Shown here: piece by piece, positions 47,926 through 61,323 of the stretch
Position numbering within the stretch: position 1 is the first letter of the stretch
Layout of the letters: the number at the start of each line of letters is the position of its first letter
From: Lophium mytilinum
Lineage: Eukaryota
Length of the DNA stretch: 64,000 bases
NCBI GenBank assembly: GCA_010093605.1
Contig: MU004181.1
Coordinates: 1,240,001 to 1,304,000, forward strand
Reading direction: 5' to 3'
Notes under the pieces: model-generated
What the model was told of the DNA's origin: nothing
Database searches by the model: none
The model's input: only the letters and a program-made list of their open reading frames with translations
Position numbers and translations under genes: made by a program

Positions 47926-50766
47926 ATGGGTATCACGATCGATGAGGAAGAGCACACTGCCACACCACGTTTGGAAGGCGAATTGCCTCCGACACCCCCT
48001 GAAACAGTTGTCGACGGGGAGGAGCGTAAAGAAACCGAATACCCCAAGGATTTGGTTTCATTTCCCCTGCCACCTACCAGCAACCCTCCAACAAGTGTAC
48101 TTGATGTCGATAAGAAAACGCCAGATGCACATGTTCCCAGGGATCCACGGCTGATTCGACTGACTGGAGTACATCCCTTCAATGTAGAGGCACCATTATC
48201 TGCCCTATATAACGAAGGGTTTCTGACCACGCCCGAGTTGTTTTATGTCCGCAACCATGGCCCCGTGCCGCTCGTGAAGGATGAAGATATTCCGACTTGG
48301 GAGTTCACGGTAGAAGGGTGAGCATCGAAGCCTACCTATATAACTGGATCATGTGCTGATTGTAGATCAGGCTGGTGGAGAACCCTATCACCATTTCTTT
48401 GAAGGAGCTCATAGAAGAATACGAGCAATTGACCGCGCCGATCACTCTTGTTTGCGCAGGCAACAGGAGAAAGGAGCAGAACGTAGTCCGGAAAACGAAA
48501 GGCTTCTCATGGGGTGCGGCGGGTGTTTCCACAGCGCTTTGGACAGGCGTTCTCATGTCAGAGGTCATCAAACGAGCTAAGCCAATCCGAAGAGCAAGAT
48601 ATGTGTGCATGGAAGGCGCAGATAAGTTAGTGAGTCGATACTTTCGCCTGCATTGACAGTTTTACTAATCGTCCTAGCCAAACGGCTACTACGGCACTTC
48701 GGTGAAGCTGAATTGGGTAATGGACCCCAATCGCGGAATCATGCTCGCGCATAAGATGAATGGCGATATGCTCCGCCCCGATCATGGCAAGCCGCTGCGA
48801 GCTGTGATACCTGGCCAGATCGGTGGCCGAAGCGTGAAGTGGTTAAAGAGACTCATTCTCACAGACCAGCCAAGTGATAACTGGTATCATATTTACGACA
48901 ACCGAGTGCTACCGTTAGTTTTTGCAGCCCCTGTCCATTGCGTTTGCTAATGGAGACAGTACAATGGTATCCCCAGAAGAATCAACCAGCAATCCATCAT
49001 GGTGGAAAGACGATCGATACGCCATCTACGGTTTGAGCACGAATTCTGCAATTGCGTATCCTGCACATGAGGAGCAGCTGTGCATTGTAGGAGCACCACA
49101 AAAGTACCGCGTGAAAGGCTACGCATACGGTGGTGATGGGCGGAGGGTAACGCGAGTAGAGGTGTCCATTGACAAGGGTAAATCTTGGAGGTTATCTAAC
49201 ATCGATTACGCGGAGGACAGGTATCGAGAGGTCGAACAAACACTCTATGGTGGTTCTCTAGACGTGCCTTGGCGCGAGGCAAGCTTCTGCTGGTGTTTTT
49301 GGGCCATTGATATTCCAGTCGAGGAGTTGAAAAGTGCGAAGGATATCTTGGTGAGGGCGATGGATGAGAGCATGAACATCCAACCGAGAGACCTTTACTG
49401 GTCTGTTCTCGGGATGATGAACAATCCTTGGTATCGCATCACTATAAGTCATGAAAATGATTACCTGAGGTTCGAACACCCTACCCAACCAGCACTTATG
49501 CCCGGTGGGTGGATGGAAAGGGTTAAAAAGTCCGGTGGAAATCTCATGAATGGGTATTGGGGCGAGAGGATAGACGGAGCAGAGCCAGAGGCGCCAGTCG
49601 AGGAACAGGCTTCTCAAATCAAAATGACGAAGGACGATGTCAACCAGGAGATCACAATCGATGAGTTAAGGAAACACGACACGGAAGAAAGCCCATGGTT
49701 TGTGGTAAACGGAGAGGTGTACGATGGGACCGCATTTCTCAAAGGGCACCCAGGAGGTGCTCAAAGCATCATCTCTGCTGCCGGGCTCGACAGTACAGAT
49801 GAGTTCATGGCTATTCGTAAGTGCGATCATCCGAATTTGAGCCTACAAGACTAACAATACCAAGACAGCGAAACGGCAAAAGCTATGATGCCAGCGTATC
49901 ACGTTGGCTCCTTAGACGAAGTCTCACGCCGCGTGCTCAGCGAAGGCGAAGTCCAGCCGGATGCTTCAAATGAGCCTCGACCTGTCTTCCTTAATAGTCG
50001 TAGCTGGACGAAGGCAATCCTTCACTCCAAGACAAATGTGTCATGGGACACTCGCATCTTCTCCTTCAAACTCGAACACGACGAACAACCCCTCGGCCTC
50101 CCAACCGGCCAGCACCTGATGATCCGCCTCCGGGATCCCGTGACGCGAGAAGCAATCATCCGCAGCTACACCCCTATCTCGGAAGCAACCAAAAAGGGAT
50201 ACGCCGATGTACTAGTCAAGGTCTACTTAGATACTAAAGAGCGGGAAGGCGGCAAAATGACTAAAGCGATGGACGCGCTCCCAATTGGACACTTCATCGA
50301 CTTCAAGGGCCCCATCGGCAAATTCGAGTATATCGGTCGCGGTGTCTGCGCCATCAACGCGGTTAAGCGGACCGTCAAGCGCCTCATCATGATCTGTGGC
50401 GGATCTGGTATCACCCCTATCTTCCAGGTCTTCCGAGCGGTCATGCAAGATAAGGAGGATCCCACCACTTGCATTGTGCTGAATGGGAACCGCCTCGTTG
50501 AGGATATCCTCTGCAGGGAGGATCTCGACGTCTTTGCGAGGGACAATGTCGACAGGTGCAAGTTACTGTACACGCTTACGCAGGGCCCAGGTGATTGGAC
50601 GGGTCTCAGGGGGAGGATTGGAGCGCCGTTGTTGAAGGAGCACTGTGTGAAAGGGGCAGCGGGCGATACGATGGTGCTGATCTGTGGACCAGAGGCATTA
50701 GAGAAAAGTGTGCATTCTGCGTTGAATGAGCAAGGTTGGCCGGACTCGGATCTATTGTTTTTTTGA
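47926..50766 (+). CDS. niaD: Assimilatory nitrate reductase, 881 aa; exons 47926-48317, 48371-48629, 48678-48913, 48960-49816, 49865-50766
   Basis: Moco domain (RLTGVHPFN, FYVRNHG, TLVCAGNRRKEQN), cytochrome b5 HPGG, FAD/NAD(P)H domain (RSYTPIS, GGSGITP, CGP); exon sum 2646 nt. Confidence 0.97.
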
Positions 50767-51571
50767 TTTTAATCGGGTGTCTCCCAAGCATGATCATGGC
50801 ATTAGCTTTAAGGCATGGAGTTCGGGGATGAAAGGTTCATCTTCTGTCATTTTGTACTTGTAAATAGGCATGAATACAGCCGTATTGCGAAATTTCATGA
50901 AGTTGTCCACACGACACCATCACGTGTTGCAGAACTATGATATCCAACCTCCAAATCTACCAACATGATACCCCCTCACCCTCACACATCCCGTCTAGCC
51001 CCAATTTCAACACCATTATCATTATTCCTTCCCAAAGCGGCAAACCGGAGATCATCTCCGCTTATCGTCCCGCCGCCTTGGCATCGCCCAAACACCAACG
51101 CCAACACGCTCCCCTTATCAGGATCGCCCTCTAGCATCAAACATCCCCGGAGATGTCATTAACACGCAGCAGCATCCAGCCCTTCCCCGGCGTGCATCGC
51201 GGTGGCGTAGTGGGGGGAGGGCACAGGGGCATTCAGTAGCCCGCGGGGCCGGAGATGCTGCACAGGACGCGATGATGCAGTGTCTTTTTTTCACAATCCC
51301 AACGCGTGTGGTTGGCTGGACAGGTACTTGCGGGCTAATCACGCGAGGTTCTCTTGTGAGCTGTTGAGCGCTTAGTCCGCTCTCTTCTTTTCTTGAATTT
51401 CAATCTGTTGTTTCTTGAGCTTTTGGGGTTGTGCTGTGATATCCTGAGGTCGTGAAAAGCGCCTTTGAGGGACTTTGAACGTGAAGGAGGTTGAAGAGCT
51501 TATCCCAGCTATTCTGGTTGTTTTCCTAGGAGAAAAGGCCAAAGGTGCTGGTTTTGGCCTCGAAAGCGACA

Positions 51572-54500
51572 ATGTCGAATAGCGAGTGGAATGATGCGGA
51601 GGCCAACAAGCTGCCGGAAACGGTGAAGAGTCTGGAGGCCAATGGGGAGATACCTAAGGATACGAAGAGGAAGCGGGTTGTGGTTGTTGGGCTGGGGATG
51701 GTGGGCATTGCGTTCATGTGAGTTCTTCGAGGAGCATTGGCATCTGTGGAAATATCGGTCGGTTGCTAATGCGAAATGTTAAATAGCGAGAAGCTCATGA
51801 AATACGATGTCAAGCGCCGCGAGTACGATGTCATTGTCATCGGAGAGGAAGCGCATCTAGCGTATAACCGAGTGGGCTTGACGAGCTTCTTCCAGCATCG
51901 ACAAGTTGAGAATTTGTACCTGAATCCGAAAGAATGGGTATGCTGCAACTCCGATAGCTCGAATTGCCTCGGGGTGTCTTGCTAATTCTCAATCTCTATA
52001 AAGTACTCATCTATGCCTGAAGGCTCGCTGAACTACCACCTCAACACCATCGTTACCGAGATCGTGCAGGACGAGAAGGTCGTCAAGACCTCCGCCGGGG
52101 ACACCGTTCCTTATGATATCCTTGTGCTAGCTACAGGCTCCGACGCCTTGCTCCCTCGTCATACCCCTGGCCATGATGCCAAAGGCGTTTTCGTATACCG
52201 CACTATTGAGGACTTGCAAAAACTTATCGAGTATTCAGCGACAAGAAGGGGAACAACGGGCGCGGTTGTGGGTGGCGGCTTGCTCGGTCTAGAAGCCGCA
52301 AAAGCTATGATGGACTTGGAGGACTTCGGTCAGGTTAAGCTAATCGAGCGTAATCGATGGGTTCTGTCACGGCAGCTGGATGGCGATGCTGGAGGCATGG
52401 TTGTGGAGCAAGTTCAAGCACTGGGGCTTGATGTCCTGCTCAGCAAGCGGGTTGGCAAGATTTTGACCGACGAGGATAACTCCGTTTCAGGCGTGGTCTT
52501 TGAGGACGGTGAGAAGATGGACTGCTCATGTGTGTGCTTTGCAGTAAGAACGCAGGCCCCTTCGCTATACGAGAGATACTGATATCTGCAGATCGGCATC
52601 AAGGCCCGAGACGAGCTTGCACGCAAAGCAGGCATCAAATGCGCAGATAGGGGCGGCGGTATAGTCGTCAAGCCTGATCTCTGTACTTCCGTTCCAGACA
52701 TCTACGCTATTGGAGAATGCGCAAGCTGGGAGAATCAGACATTCGGCCTGATAGCTCCTGGTGTCGAGATGGCGGATGTCCTTGCCTTCAACCTTACTCA
52801 AGCAAAAGCACATGTCCCTCGAAAATTCAAGCGCCCGGATCTCAGCACGAAGCTGAAGCTTCTGGGAGTCGAAGTTGCGAGTTTTGGAGACTTCTTTGCT
52901 GACCGCGACGGGCCGAAGCAGTTGCCGGTACGTGTTGCAAAGAAGGAGGGCGTTACTGAAAGCAGGACGAGTATCAAGAAATTGACAGACGGTCCGGCGC
53001 CCCCGCCTGTGAAGGCCTTGACGTACAAGGATCCATTCCAGCAGATCTACAAGAAATATCTCTTCACGATGGACGGCAAATACTTGCTGGGTGGTATGAT
53101 GATTGGAGACACCAAAGACTACGTCAAACTGGTACCCATGGTCAAGAATCAAAAGCCGTTGGAGATTCCACCAAGCGAGCTCATCATTGGCGCTTCGAAG
53201 GGCGATGACGATGGCGATGATCTGTGAGTTGTCTTTTCCGTTTGCAGCTATATCAAACTAATGCGGCTTCACAGTGATGACGATACTCAGATCTGCTCTT
53301 GTCATAATGTTTCCAAAGGCGACGTCGTCAAGTCTGTCAAGGATGGCACCTGCAAGAGTATAGGCGACGTCAAGTCTTGCACGAAGGCTGGCACTGGATG
53401 TGGAGGCTGCATGCCTCTCGTGCAAACGATCTTCAACAAGACTATGACATCGATGGGCCAGGAAGTCAAGAATCACCTCTGCCCGCATTTCGAATACTCC
53501 CGCGCTGATCTTTTCAACATCATCTACGTCAAGAAGCTCCAAGAATTCCAAGACGTCATGAAAGAATGCGGCAAGGATCCAACATCCACTGGATGTGAAG
53601 CATGCAAACCGACCATTGGATCTATCGTCTCTTCATTGTTCAACAAACATCTTCTAGACGAGTCTCGACGTGGTCTGCAAGATACAAACGATAGATTCTT
53701 GGCTAATATACAACGTAACGGCACATTCTCCGTCATTCCTCGTGTCGCTGGCGGCGAAATCACCCCGGAAAAGCTCATCATCATCGGCACTGTCGCTAAG
53801 AAGTATGGTCTTTACACCAAGATCACTGGAGGCCAGCGCATCGATATGTTTGGCGCCAAGAAGCAAGACCTGATCTCCATCTGGACTGAACTGGTTGAGG
53901 GCGGCATGGAGAGCGGCCATGCCTATGCTAAATCCCTTCGCACGGTCAAAAGCTGTGTGGGCACAACGTGGTGTCGTTTTGGCATTGGTGACAGTGTCGG
54001 TATGGCGGTTCGACTGGAAGAGCGTTACAAGTCCATCCGCGGCCCTCACAAGTTCAAAGGCGGTGTTTCCGGCTGCGTGCGCGAATGTGCCGAAGCTCAG
54101 AACAAGGACTTCGGACTCATCGCAACAGAGAAGGGCTTCAACATCTTCGTCGGCGGGAACGGCGGCGCGAAACCGCGGCATTCAGAGCTCTTAGCGAAGG
54201 ACGTAGCCCCCGACGATATCATCCCTATCCTAGACCGCTATCTCTCTTTCTACATCCGCACAGCTGACAAGCTACAGCGCACCGCGCGGTGGATCGAGAA
54301 CCTTCCCGGCGGGATCAAGTACCTCCAAGAAGTAATACTCGAAGACAAACTCGGCATCTGCGCAGACCTCGAGCAGCAAATGGTTGACCTAGTCGGCTCC
54401 TACTTTTGCGAATGGACCGAAGTCATCAAAAACCCCGCCCGCCGCGCGCTCTTCTCCCAATTCGCAAACACGTCCGACAACATCGTCGACACCATCGAGC

Positions 54501-55156
54501 CCACCGTCGAGCGCGGCCAAGCGCGGCCCTCGTACTGGCCCCAAGACTCCGTGAAAGAAGACTTCCGCGGCACCAAGTGGACCGAACTCGCCTGGCAGCC
54601 CATCGTGCTAGCCGCGGAGTTCAAAGACACGCCGACTGGCGACTCGAAGGCTGTCAAGCGCGGCGACACCCAGCTCGCTGTCTTCAAGGTCCGCGGGACG
54701 TATTACTGCACGCAGCAGATGTGTCCGCACAAGCGCGCCTTCGTGCTCTCCGATGGCCTTATTGGCGACGACCGAGAGAAGAACAAGCTGTGGGTCAGCT
54801 GCCCGTATCACAAGCGCAACTACGAGCTTGGTGGCGCGGACGCGGGGAAGTGCGGGAACGACGACGAGGTCAATATCGCGACGTTCCCGGTTGAGGAACG
54901 CGAGGATGGGTGGGTGTATGTGAAGCTGCCGCCGGTGGAGGAGCTGGACGGCGTGCTGGGGACGGAGAAGTGGCGGATTAAAAAGAGCGAGACGGATGAT
55001 CCCTATGTCGAGTTAGATAAGAAGCTGAAGACGGTGGAGATGAAGGGGAGGAAGAGCACGAAAGCGAGCCATTTGGAGAGTGGGAAGGGGCAGGAGGGCG
55101 CCGCGGCCGCGATTTTGGCGGGAGGTGAGAGAGGTGCTGGGGGGTTGGATTGGTGA
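51572..55156 (+). CDS. niiA: Nitrite reductase [NAD(P)H], ~1116 aa; exons 51572-51717, 51787-51937, 52004-52543, 52592-53223, 53275-55156
   Basis: VVVGLGMVG and [10 protein letters not shown] dinucleotide folds, BFD-like CSCHNV..GTGCGGC, siroheme/4Fe-4[18 protein letters not shown]-terminal Rieske CPHK..CPYH; exon sum 3351 nt. Confidence 0.97.
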
Positions 55157-55886
55157 GATGTTGGGTTTGGAGGATTGAAAATGATGTTGGCATTTACATG
55201 GGATTTGCGTGGAGATACTGCGAAAGATGCGATGCCATTCCGTAGAAAACAGTTTCTCCGTATCATAAAATTGTACATACATGCATACTTGAGGTTCTTC
55301 ATCAATCTTGAGAACCCATAGATGGGTCATTGAAGTTTGATCCGAGTCCTAAAAGACTTATCGACCCCCCCTCTTCCCTCCCACGGGCAGTTGCAGGCCA
55401 GTGTACACCATCCCAGGAGAAGCGTCGAACGTGCATCACTTTCTATCGTTGATACATGTCTAGAGTGTGTACACCCGCTTGCTGCCGTCTGAGGTGGCAT
55501 ATCGAGCTTACCGCGCACTCTGAATAACGAGCTACAGATCTCTACAAGTGCATCGAGAGGAGTCAAGTCGTAGCGCATAAGAGTCAAAATATATCACGAT
55601 AGAGATAGGAACTAGAGAAAGATCTCGTTTATTTGCTATCTGCCCACACACAAGCGAAAGCTATTCCCCAAGCCGAAAATCACGTATCGTACCTGTGAGT
55701 ACGACACGACAATAGTAGTGTGTGAAGCTTCCCAAATAGCAGTCCTAGCCATCAAGGACAAGTAGAAAAGAAAGAGGAACCTAGGCTCCCATGTTTGCTG
55801 CTGATCGGATGAGACGTCGCCGCTGGAGTATTTGAATGAAGCAGCACGGGATGATAGAACACACAGCATCGTCTGAGGAGAGCGAT

Positions 55887-56897
55887 TTACTCCTCCGTCT
55901 TGAAGGCCACAGCCGAGTCAACGCGCTCGCGCTCGCGATCAGGTTCTTCGTCGTCCTCGGAGGTACCAGCGGCGGGGGTAGCGGCAGGACCAGCGTCATC
56001 GGCAGAGGCAGACGCAGACGCAGCCTTAGCAGCAACGGTGTCGGCAGCCTTCTTATAGTACTTCTGGAGAGCGGCAGTCTACTTCGATTAGCTTTATTCC
56101 TGTCGCAGGTTGGTGTGATGCAGAGGTAGACTTACCGTGTACTTCTGTTCCGCAACACCTTCAGCCTCCTCCATGATCGCCTTGATGCGAACCCACTTCT
56201 CCTGCTCGAACTGCTCATGGGCCTTGTTGTACGAGTTGACTAGGAGCTCCAGGTGCTCCTCGCTGATCTGGGTGAGGTTTGCCTTGAGACGGGCGTACCT
56301 ATTGGGCAGGGTCGACTTTCCGCCTGGCGGAGCGCCCGTGGCGTTGGCCCACATGATGGCGATGTCGGCCCATCCCTTGCCTTCGTCGCGCATAGAGATG
56401 AGCAAGCGGTCCTCGGTAGTGAGCTCATCCATAGTCGTCGCGATCTTCTTGACCTGGCGCGCAGAAGATTAGCCTCGAAGCAGTGTCGGGAAGCCATAGG
56501 TAGTGGCCGCAGCGGGTCTACTTACGTTCTTGCGGCCGGTTGGAGTACCGTCTTCCTGCTTCACCTTCTTGGAAGCACTAGTTAGACCATCTGTAGCTGC
56601 GCGCTTGCCGCTGGACTTCGGCGTCTTCAGCGTCTTCGCGGCCTTGGGAGTCTTGGGGGTCTTTGGGGTCTTGGGGGTCTTGGGGATCTTGGAGCGAACC
56701 TCGGGCTTGTTGGGTGTCTCAGGCTGAGCGGGGACATCGTCTGCATCCTTGCCGCCCTGGAGATTGTCAGTAATGGTTGGATGTCTTGAGGTGCGCACAT
56801 GAGCACCCACCATCTCGGCCTCGATCTGCTTGGAAGCAGCGACTCCATCGTCCGAGGAGTTGTCGGTGGGCGGAGTTGACATCTTGACGTCAGACAT
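55887..56897 (-). CDS. Uncharacterised basic nuclear-type protein with Myb-like domain, 275 aa; exons 56897-56811, 56756-56526, 56453-56136, 56078-55887
   Basis: EDRLLISMRDEGKGWADIA..KSTLPNRYARLK and a second repeat (EQEKWVRIK..ALQKYYKK). Three canonical phase-0 introns; PKT repeats. Confidence 0.82.
56644..56691 (-). repeat. Coding 9-bp tandem repeat (PKT)n
   Basis: TTGGG(G/A)GTC-like units on + encode KIPKTPKTPKTPKTPKA. Confidence 0.8.
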
Positions 56898-57531
56898 TCT
56901 CAGTTCTGAGTTCGGGGGGGTTGAAAGCTTGGGTAGGGGTGGAGAAGAAGCTGAGTATGTGTGCGAGGTGTTGGGAGCGAGAAGTGTGATGTAGCAGAGA
57001 TGTAGGAGGCGGGGAAAGGTGGGCTTAAGAAGAGATCTGAGCTAGCGGGGCTGGGAGGAGTGAAGGGAAGAGTGAAGTGAGTAGCCGAGATCGCCATGTG
57101 AGATCTCACAATGGCTGCTTCTCCTATTGTGAGAAGCTTACAATCGGCGAGTGGTGATCCTTGTCGGCCAATCAGAAGGCCCCTGCTTTTCCTATGCGAG
57201 TACAATAGTAAAACAATAGATGAGAACGCAGCTGCCTAGAGACCTTCCATAGAACTCTCAGGGAGCTTCGGGGCACCGTGAGAGTGTCTCTTTAGTCGGC
57301 AAATGGCGCGTCCTTTGGTGGTCTAGCGAGACAATTGTGGGCTAGTCAAAACAATGAGCTTTACTGTCATCTATAACACCCTAAGCAGAGGCAGTAGACG
57401 CGTGCAGAGATCCATCCCTAGTTCACCAATGAAGTTCAGGCAGTGATCCAGGCTCTCGCCATCTGCACTCCTCAAGTCGAGCCACAAGCCCGGGACAGGT
57501 CGCGGCGCTCGTAGCGAAAACGTGGAGGAGC

Positions 57532-57561
57532 CGACCAGCGCGACCAGCGCGACCAGCGCGA
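57532..57561. repeat. 9-bp tandem repeat (CGACCAGCG)x3, intergenic
   Basis: CGACCAGCG CGACCAGCG CGACCAGCG CGA read directly. Confidence 0.8.
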
Positions 57562-59735
57562 AGGCTTACAGCCTCCCATACTGTTAGCGTAAAATCGTTT
57601 CGTCCCTCCCTCGCCTGGATTGCGCTCCTTAGCCTGTCCCATCTGAGATCGGAAACCGTTAAGGGTCAAGTCGCCTCCGAGGGCGTTTCCGATGGCAGCG
57701 TTTGCCATTATGGCCTTTAGAGCCAAGCTGACAGGTGAAGTGTAGTGAGATCTATGTGCTCCTCCGCCATGGTTTCCGTTCTTTGGCTTGCTCCATAAGA
57801 GTTGAGGGTATGCCGTTCCAGGCTACTACTGCCATGATCTGGGCGGCGTTTACAGTTCACGGCCAGCACAGATCATCTGAGAGGAAGCCATTCTTTTGGG
57901 TCCTGTAAAACAGGCGAGAGCTCGGGTGCTATTTTCCCGTCTTGCCTATTTGAGATCAGTCCTAGTTTCTCTAGCACCAAATTTCTGGCGTATCTCCATA
58001 CTTTCCAATCAAAAGCCCCCTTAAGACACTCTTCACCTCCTTCTATCTTGCTCTTATCGAAAAAGACATCCCGAAAAGAGCTTCCAAGTTACTGGAAGGT
58101 TGCAGACGGATTCCATACCTCGTTTTGGGATTGGTTTTGAGACTCTCAGACGCTACTGTGATTTCCCAACTTGCTCACTCATGAATCTTAGTCCCTTGAA
58201 AGAGAAAAGCGACAGATGTGAGTTATAAGAAGCTTTTCAAAGTCGTTTTGCTTGACTAGAGTATGTTGAAGTTGACACCGGAAAAAAGATAGTATCGTCG
58301 ATTAAAGATAGTGGAAAGCTCAAAAAGAAAGAGTGCCAACAGTAGTACTGTTAAATGAGGATCAAAAGAGTAAATTAGTGGGCAATTAAGTCAACGTGAG
58401 CACTTGTTAAAGTACGTGTGCAGCAGATCAGTCGAAATGGCCACGTTGTGATTGCTACCTATGGTCAAACGAGTATTGCGCGTGAGGGCGTGAGGACGTC
58501 TACCACTTGCGCTCTATTTCACTCGTAATAAATGGGATACATCACCCTGCTATGGCCACGATACTGTCGAATTGCATGAGGAGGTCAGTGGAGAGTTGAT
58601 GGTGAAAAGGTGAGGTTGAATCAAAATTTTGGCTTTCTCTGCTCGGAACTCGGAGCGGGATCGGATTTACACAGCTCCGAACTCTGTTCTACTCTACCTC
58701 CTTTAAACCACCTCCCTATCACACTCTTTCACCAGTTGACAAAACCCTGCAAGATGGGGCGTCCCTAGGATCTTCTTGAATAGTATGGTGATTGAGCCAT
58801 CAGTCAAGCCAGATAGAATACGCCCCACATCACCTGGTGTGACTGCATCGCCATCTGAAACAACAACATGGAGACTATCTAGATGAGCAGCTTCGTCGAC
58901 TCCGACGCTCGGCTCACGTGTTCGGCCTAGGGCTGACCAAGAGTAGGACGAAGTACTAGAGTGCTGTTGCGTGGACCCGTTGGTTCGCTTTCCTCAGTCA
59001 CATCCCAAGCATGGCACATGCCCGTTCGCTTGCGCGGTCTATTTGGGCCCCTTTGTCCAACCTGCGATCTGTAAAAGCAGTTAGTTTGCTCATTCGATAC
59101 AGAGATCGGGTCATAGCCTACGACACTCGCAATCATCCAGCACAGCCTGACAGTCTCGTGGTTCTGGCATCTTTGCTTCGTGGCGAGGCTCAGACAGGAC
59201 CCGGCCAAGACAGTTCATACCCTCAGCGCATCAAGATCTGCGTGACCAGACCACCTAAGATGCAGATCTGAGGCTGAAGTATGGCAAGGCTAGTTCCTGC
59301 TAGCGGAATCTATTCGGCTGGGTCGAGCCCAAATGCAGCCTCCCGATGTAGCATTACTATGGGGTATACTTTCGAAGTAGCGGTGAAATCAGCCGTAGGC
59401 CTTGAGGAGCTCCCCGGATTGGAGACAAATAAGCGTTGCTAACGCTTGAATGATTTACCAATGTGGCAGCGGAATAGTAAGTACGTTGTTTGCTCTGTCA
59501 AGCGACAGAACGTGTCGAGTGGGCTGAGCACCGGGCCCTGCCTATCAAGAACGACGCAGCAAACATACCATTGTGCTACCGCGCAACACATAATCGCGTC
59601 GTACTGATGAGATTGTCATTGCCCAGGTCATCGGGGCGGTTGTATTAAAGGACTGCTCTTGGATATTCTTGTCGGCTCAGCGCACGCAACGAGCCACACT
59701 ACTTCCACTTCAAAAATCTCCTTTTCTCTCAAAGC

Positions 59736-60707
59736 ATGAATCTTATGCCGAACATTGCAATGGGCATGGGCCATGGCCGGTATCCCTCCATAATAATCGA
59801 TACGTCTGAAGGCTACATTCCTGTCGATGGAAAAGCGATGGAGCTCATGCTCCCAAAGTTCGCGAATGATGCAAAAAGACGGGGTCTACACATGGATGTC
59901 TTCCAGATGACTGACCGTGTCCAACGAAGCCAACGAGGTGCCGATCCGGAAAGCCTTCTCTATGCCATCATCACTGTCGTCGACATGCTCTCGAAGCGAC
60001 TTGGTGTTGAAGCCTCGAAAGTCAGTTTGCTCAACCAGCTACAGGACTCAATGCAAATCGACATTCAACGAATGCCAACATATAGCCGTGGCGTATCGCG
60101 CTTTCCACAATGCCTCACTCTCTTCAACTCGTTGGCAAGTGTTGCGCATTACTCGCGTTCACAACCTATGAGCTCTATTCTGAGCACCTTCTTCCTTCAA
60201 AAAGGAGCCATCATCGCACGAAGGGAGAATCCGAAAAATATCATCAGGTGGTGGTTGGCGATTCGAAAACTTTACCTCGAGCAAGAGGACAAGGCGATGT
60301 GTTTCCGGGAGATCTTGAAAGGGAAACCCAGCATCATGACCCATGCTCGACGCAGGCTGGCCCGCGATCAGCGCCTTCTGAACGAGTTTCTCGGCGACAT
60401 GGTGAATGCGGCCAATCTACGGCCCGGATTTCCACGCCGTGGCATTCTACCACCGCCACGGGTATCACCACCACCACCACGAATGGGGTTTCAACCCGGG
60501 TTCTTTGATGGTTTCCGAGGCTTCCCCGGGCCAATGAATGAAGATGACGGTCCTCTGACTCCTGGGTGGTTTGAAGAATACGACGATGAATTTCCAGACA
60601 TGATGGACGATGAGTTCGTCCCGCGAGGCATGGACGGCAGTCTTGAGGATAGGGTCGCCAGCCTTGAGGTACAGATTAATGGCCTCAACCAGCTAATTAT
60701 GGGTTGA
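59736..60707 (+). CDS. Hypothetical protein, 323 aa, single exon
   Basis: Long ATG-initiated ORF with TATTAAA and a pyrimidine-rich leader upstream. Helical N-terminal part, P/G/F/R-rich then acidic low-complexity region, short C-terminal heptad. No family recognised. Confidence 0.65.
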   Translation: MNLMPNIAMGMGHGRYPSIIIDTSEGYIPVDGKAMELMLPKFANDAKRRGLHMDVFQMTDRVQRSQRGADPESLLYAIITVVDMLSKRLGVEASKVSLLNQLQDSMQIDIQRMPTYSRGVSRFPQCLTLFNSLASVAHYSRSQPMSSILSTFFLQKGAIIARRENPKNIIRWWLAIRKLYLEQEDKAMCFREILKGKPSIMTHARRRLARDQRLLNEFLGDMVNAANLRPGFPRRGILPPPRVSPPPPRMGFQPGFFDGFRGFPGPMNEDDGPLTPGWFEEYDDEFPDMMDDEFVPRGMDGSLEDRVASLEVQINGLNQLIMG

Positions 60708-61323
60708 TCGCCAACTGAACGGACCTCCTGCCTACGAGAGGATACTCAAACATTGTCAGCATATTTGAGCGCATTATCTGTATTTCCGCGACGATTTCCA
60801 ACAGCAGCAGCTTCATTCAGTTTTGAACAATCCATCCTAGAGCCGAACATGTAACGGAGTCCATTTCCTGTACCACCAAGCGTCCTTGTCTTTTCCTATC
60901 CCGTATGAAACGCATGAAGCATGCTCAGGGTTTGGTTGGGGCGAAGCGGTTCAGAAGGGTAGCTTGTACAACACAGGGCGGGCTCATGATTTCTGTATAT
61001 AGACCAACAAGGGTCTGCACTTGAGTTTCCGAAAACAAGTAATGAGAAAAAAAAGTAGACGGAAAGCTTAATAAGACTTTGATTGCAAAATAAATAGTGG
61101 CTCATCATATTCAGAGAGGCTGTTACTCGTGGAGCACTCACATCAACTTCCCAAGCATCAAATGCTCTAGGACGATATGAGGCCCACGGAAGAATTCAAG
61201 GTAAGATGGTCGCATTGAAATATTTCATGAACTCATGGCTCGTATAGAGGTATAAAACCCGAACGCACCAACTTCTCATACCCCATCAGATAATTCTCTC
61301 GTAAGCCCAAGGCATATTCCAGC

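Noticed and set aside
40588..55156. Many antisense and alternate-frame ORFs of 60-195 aa over SEC7, niaD and niiA
   Set aside because: Shadows of codon bias in long real genes, with no independent motifs.
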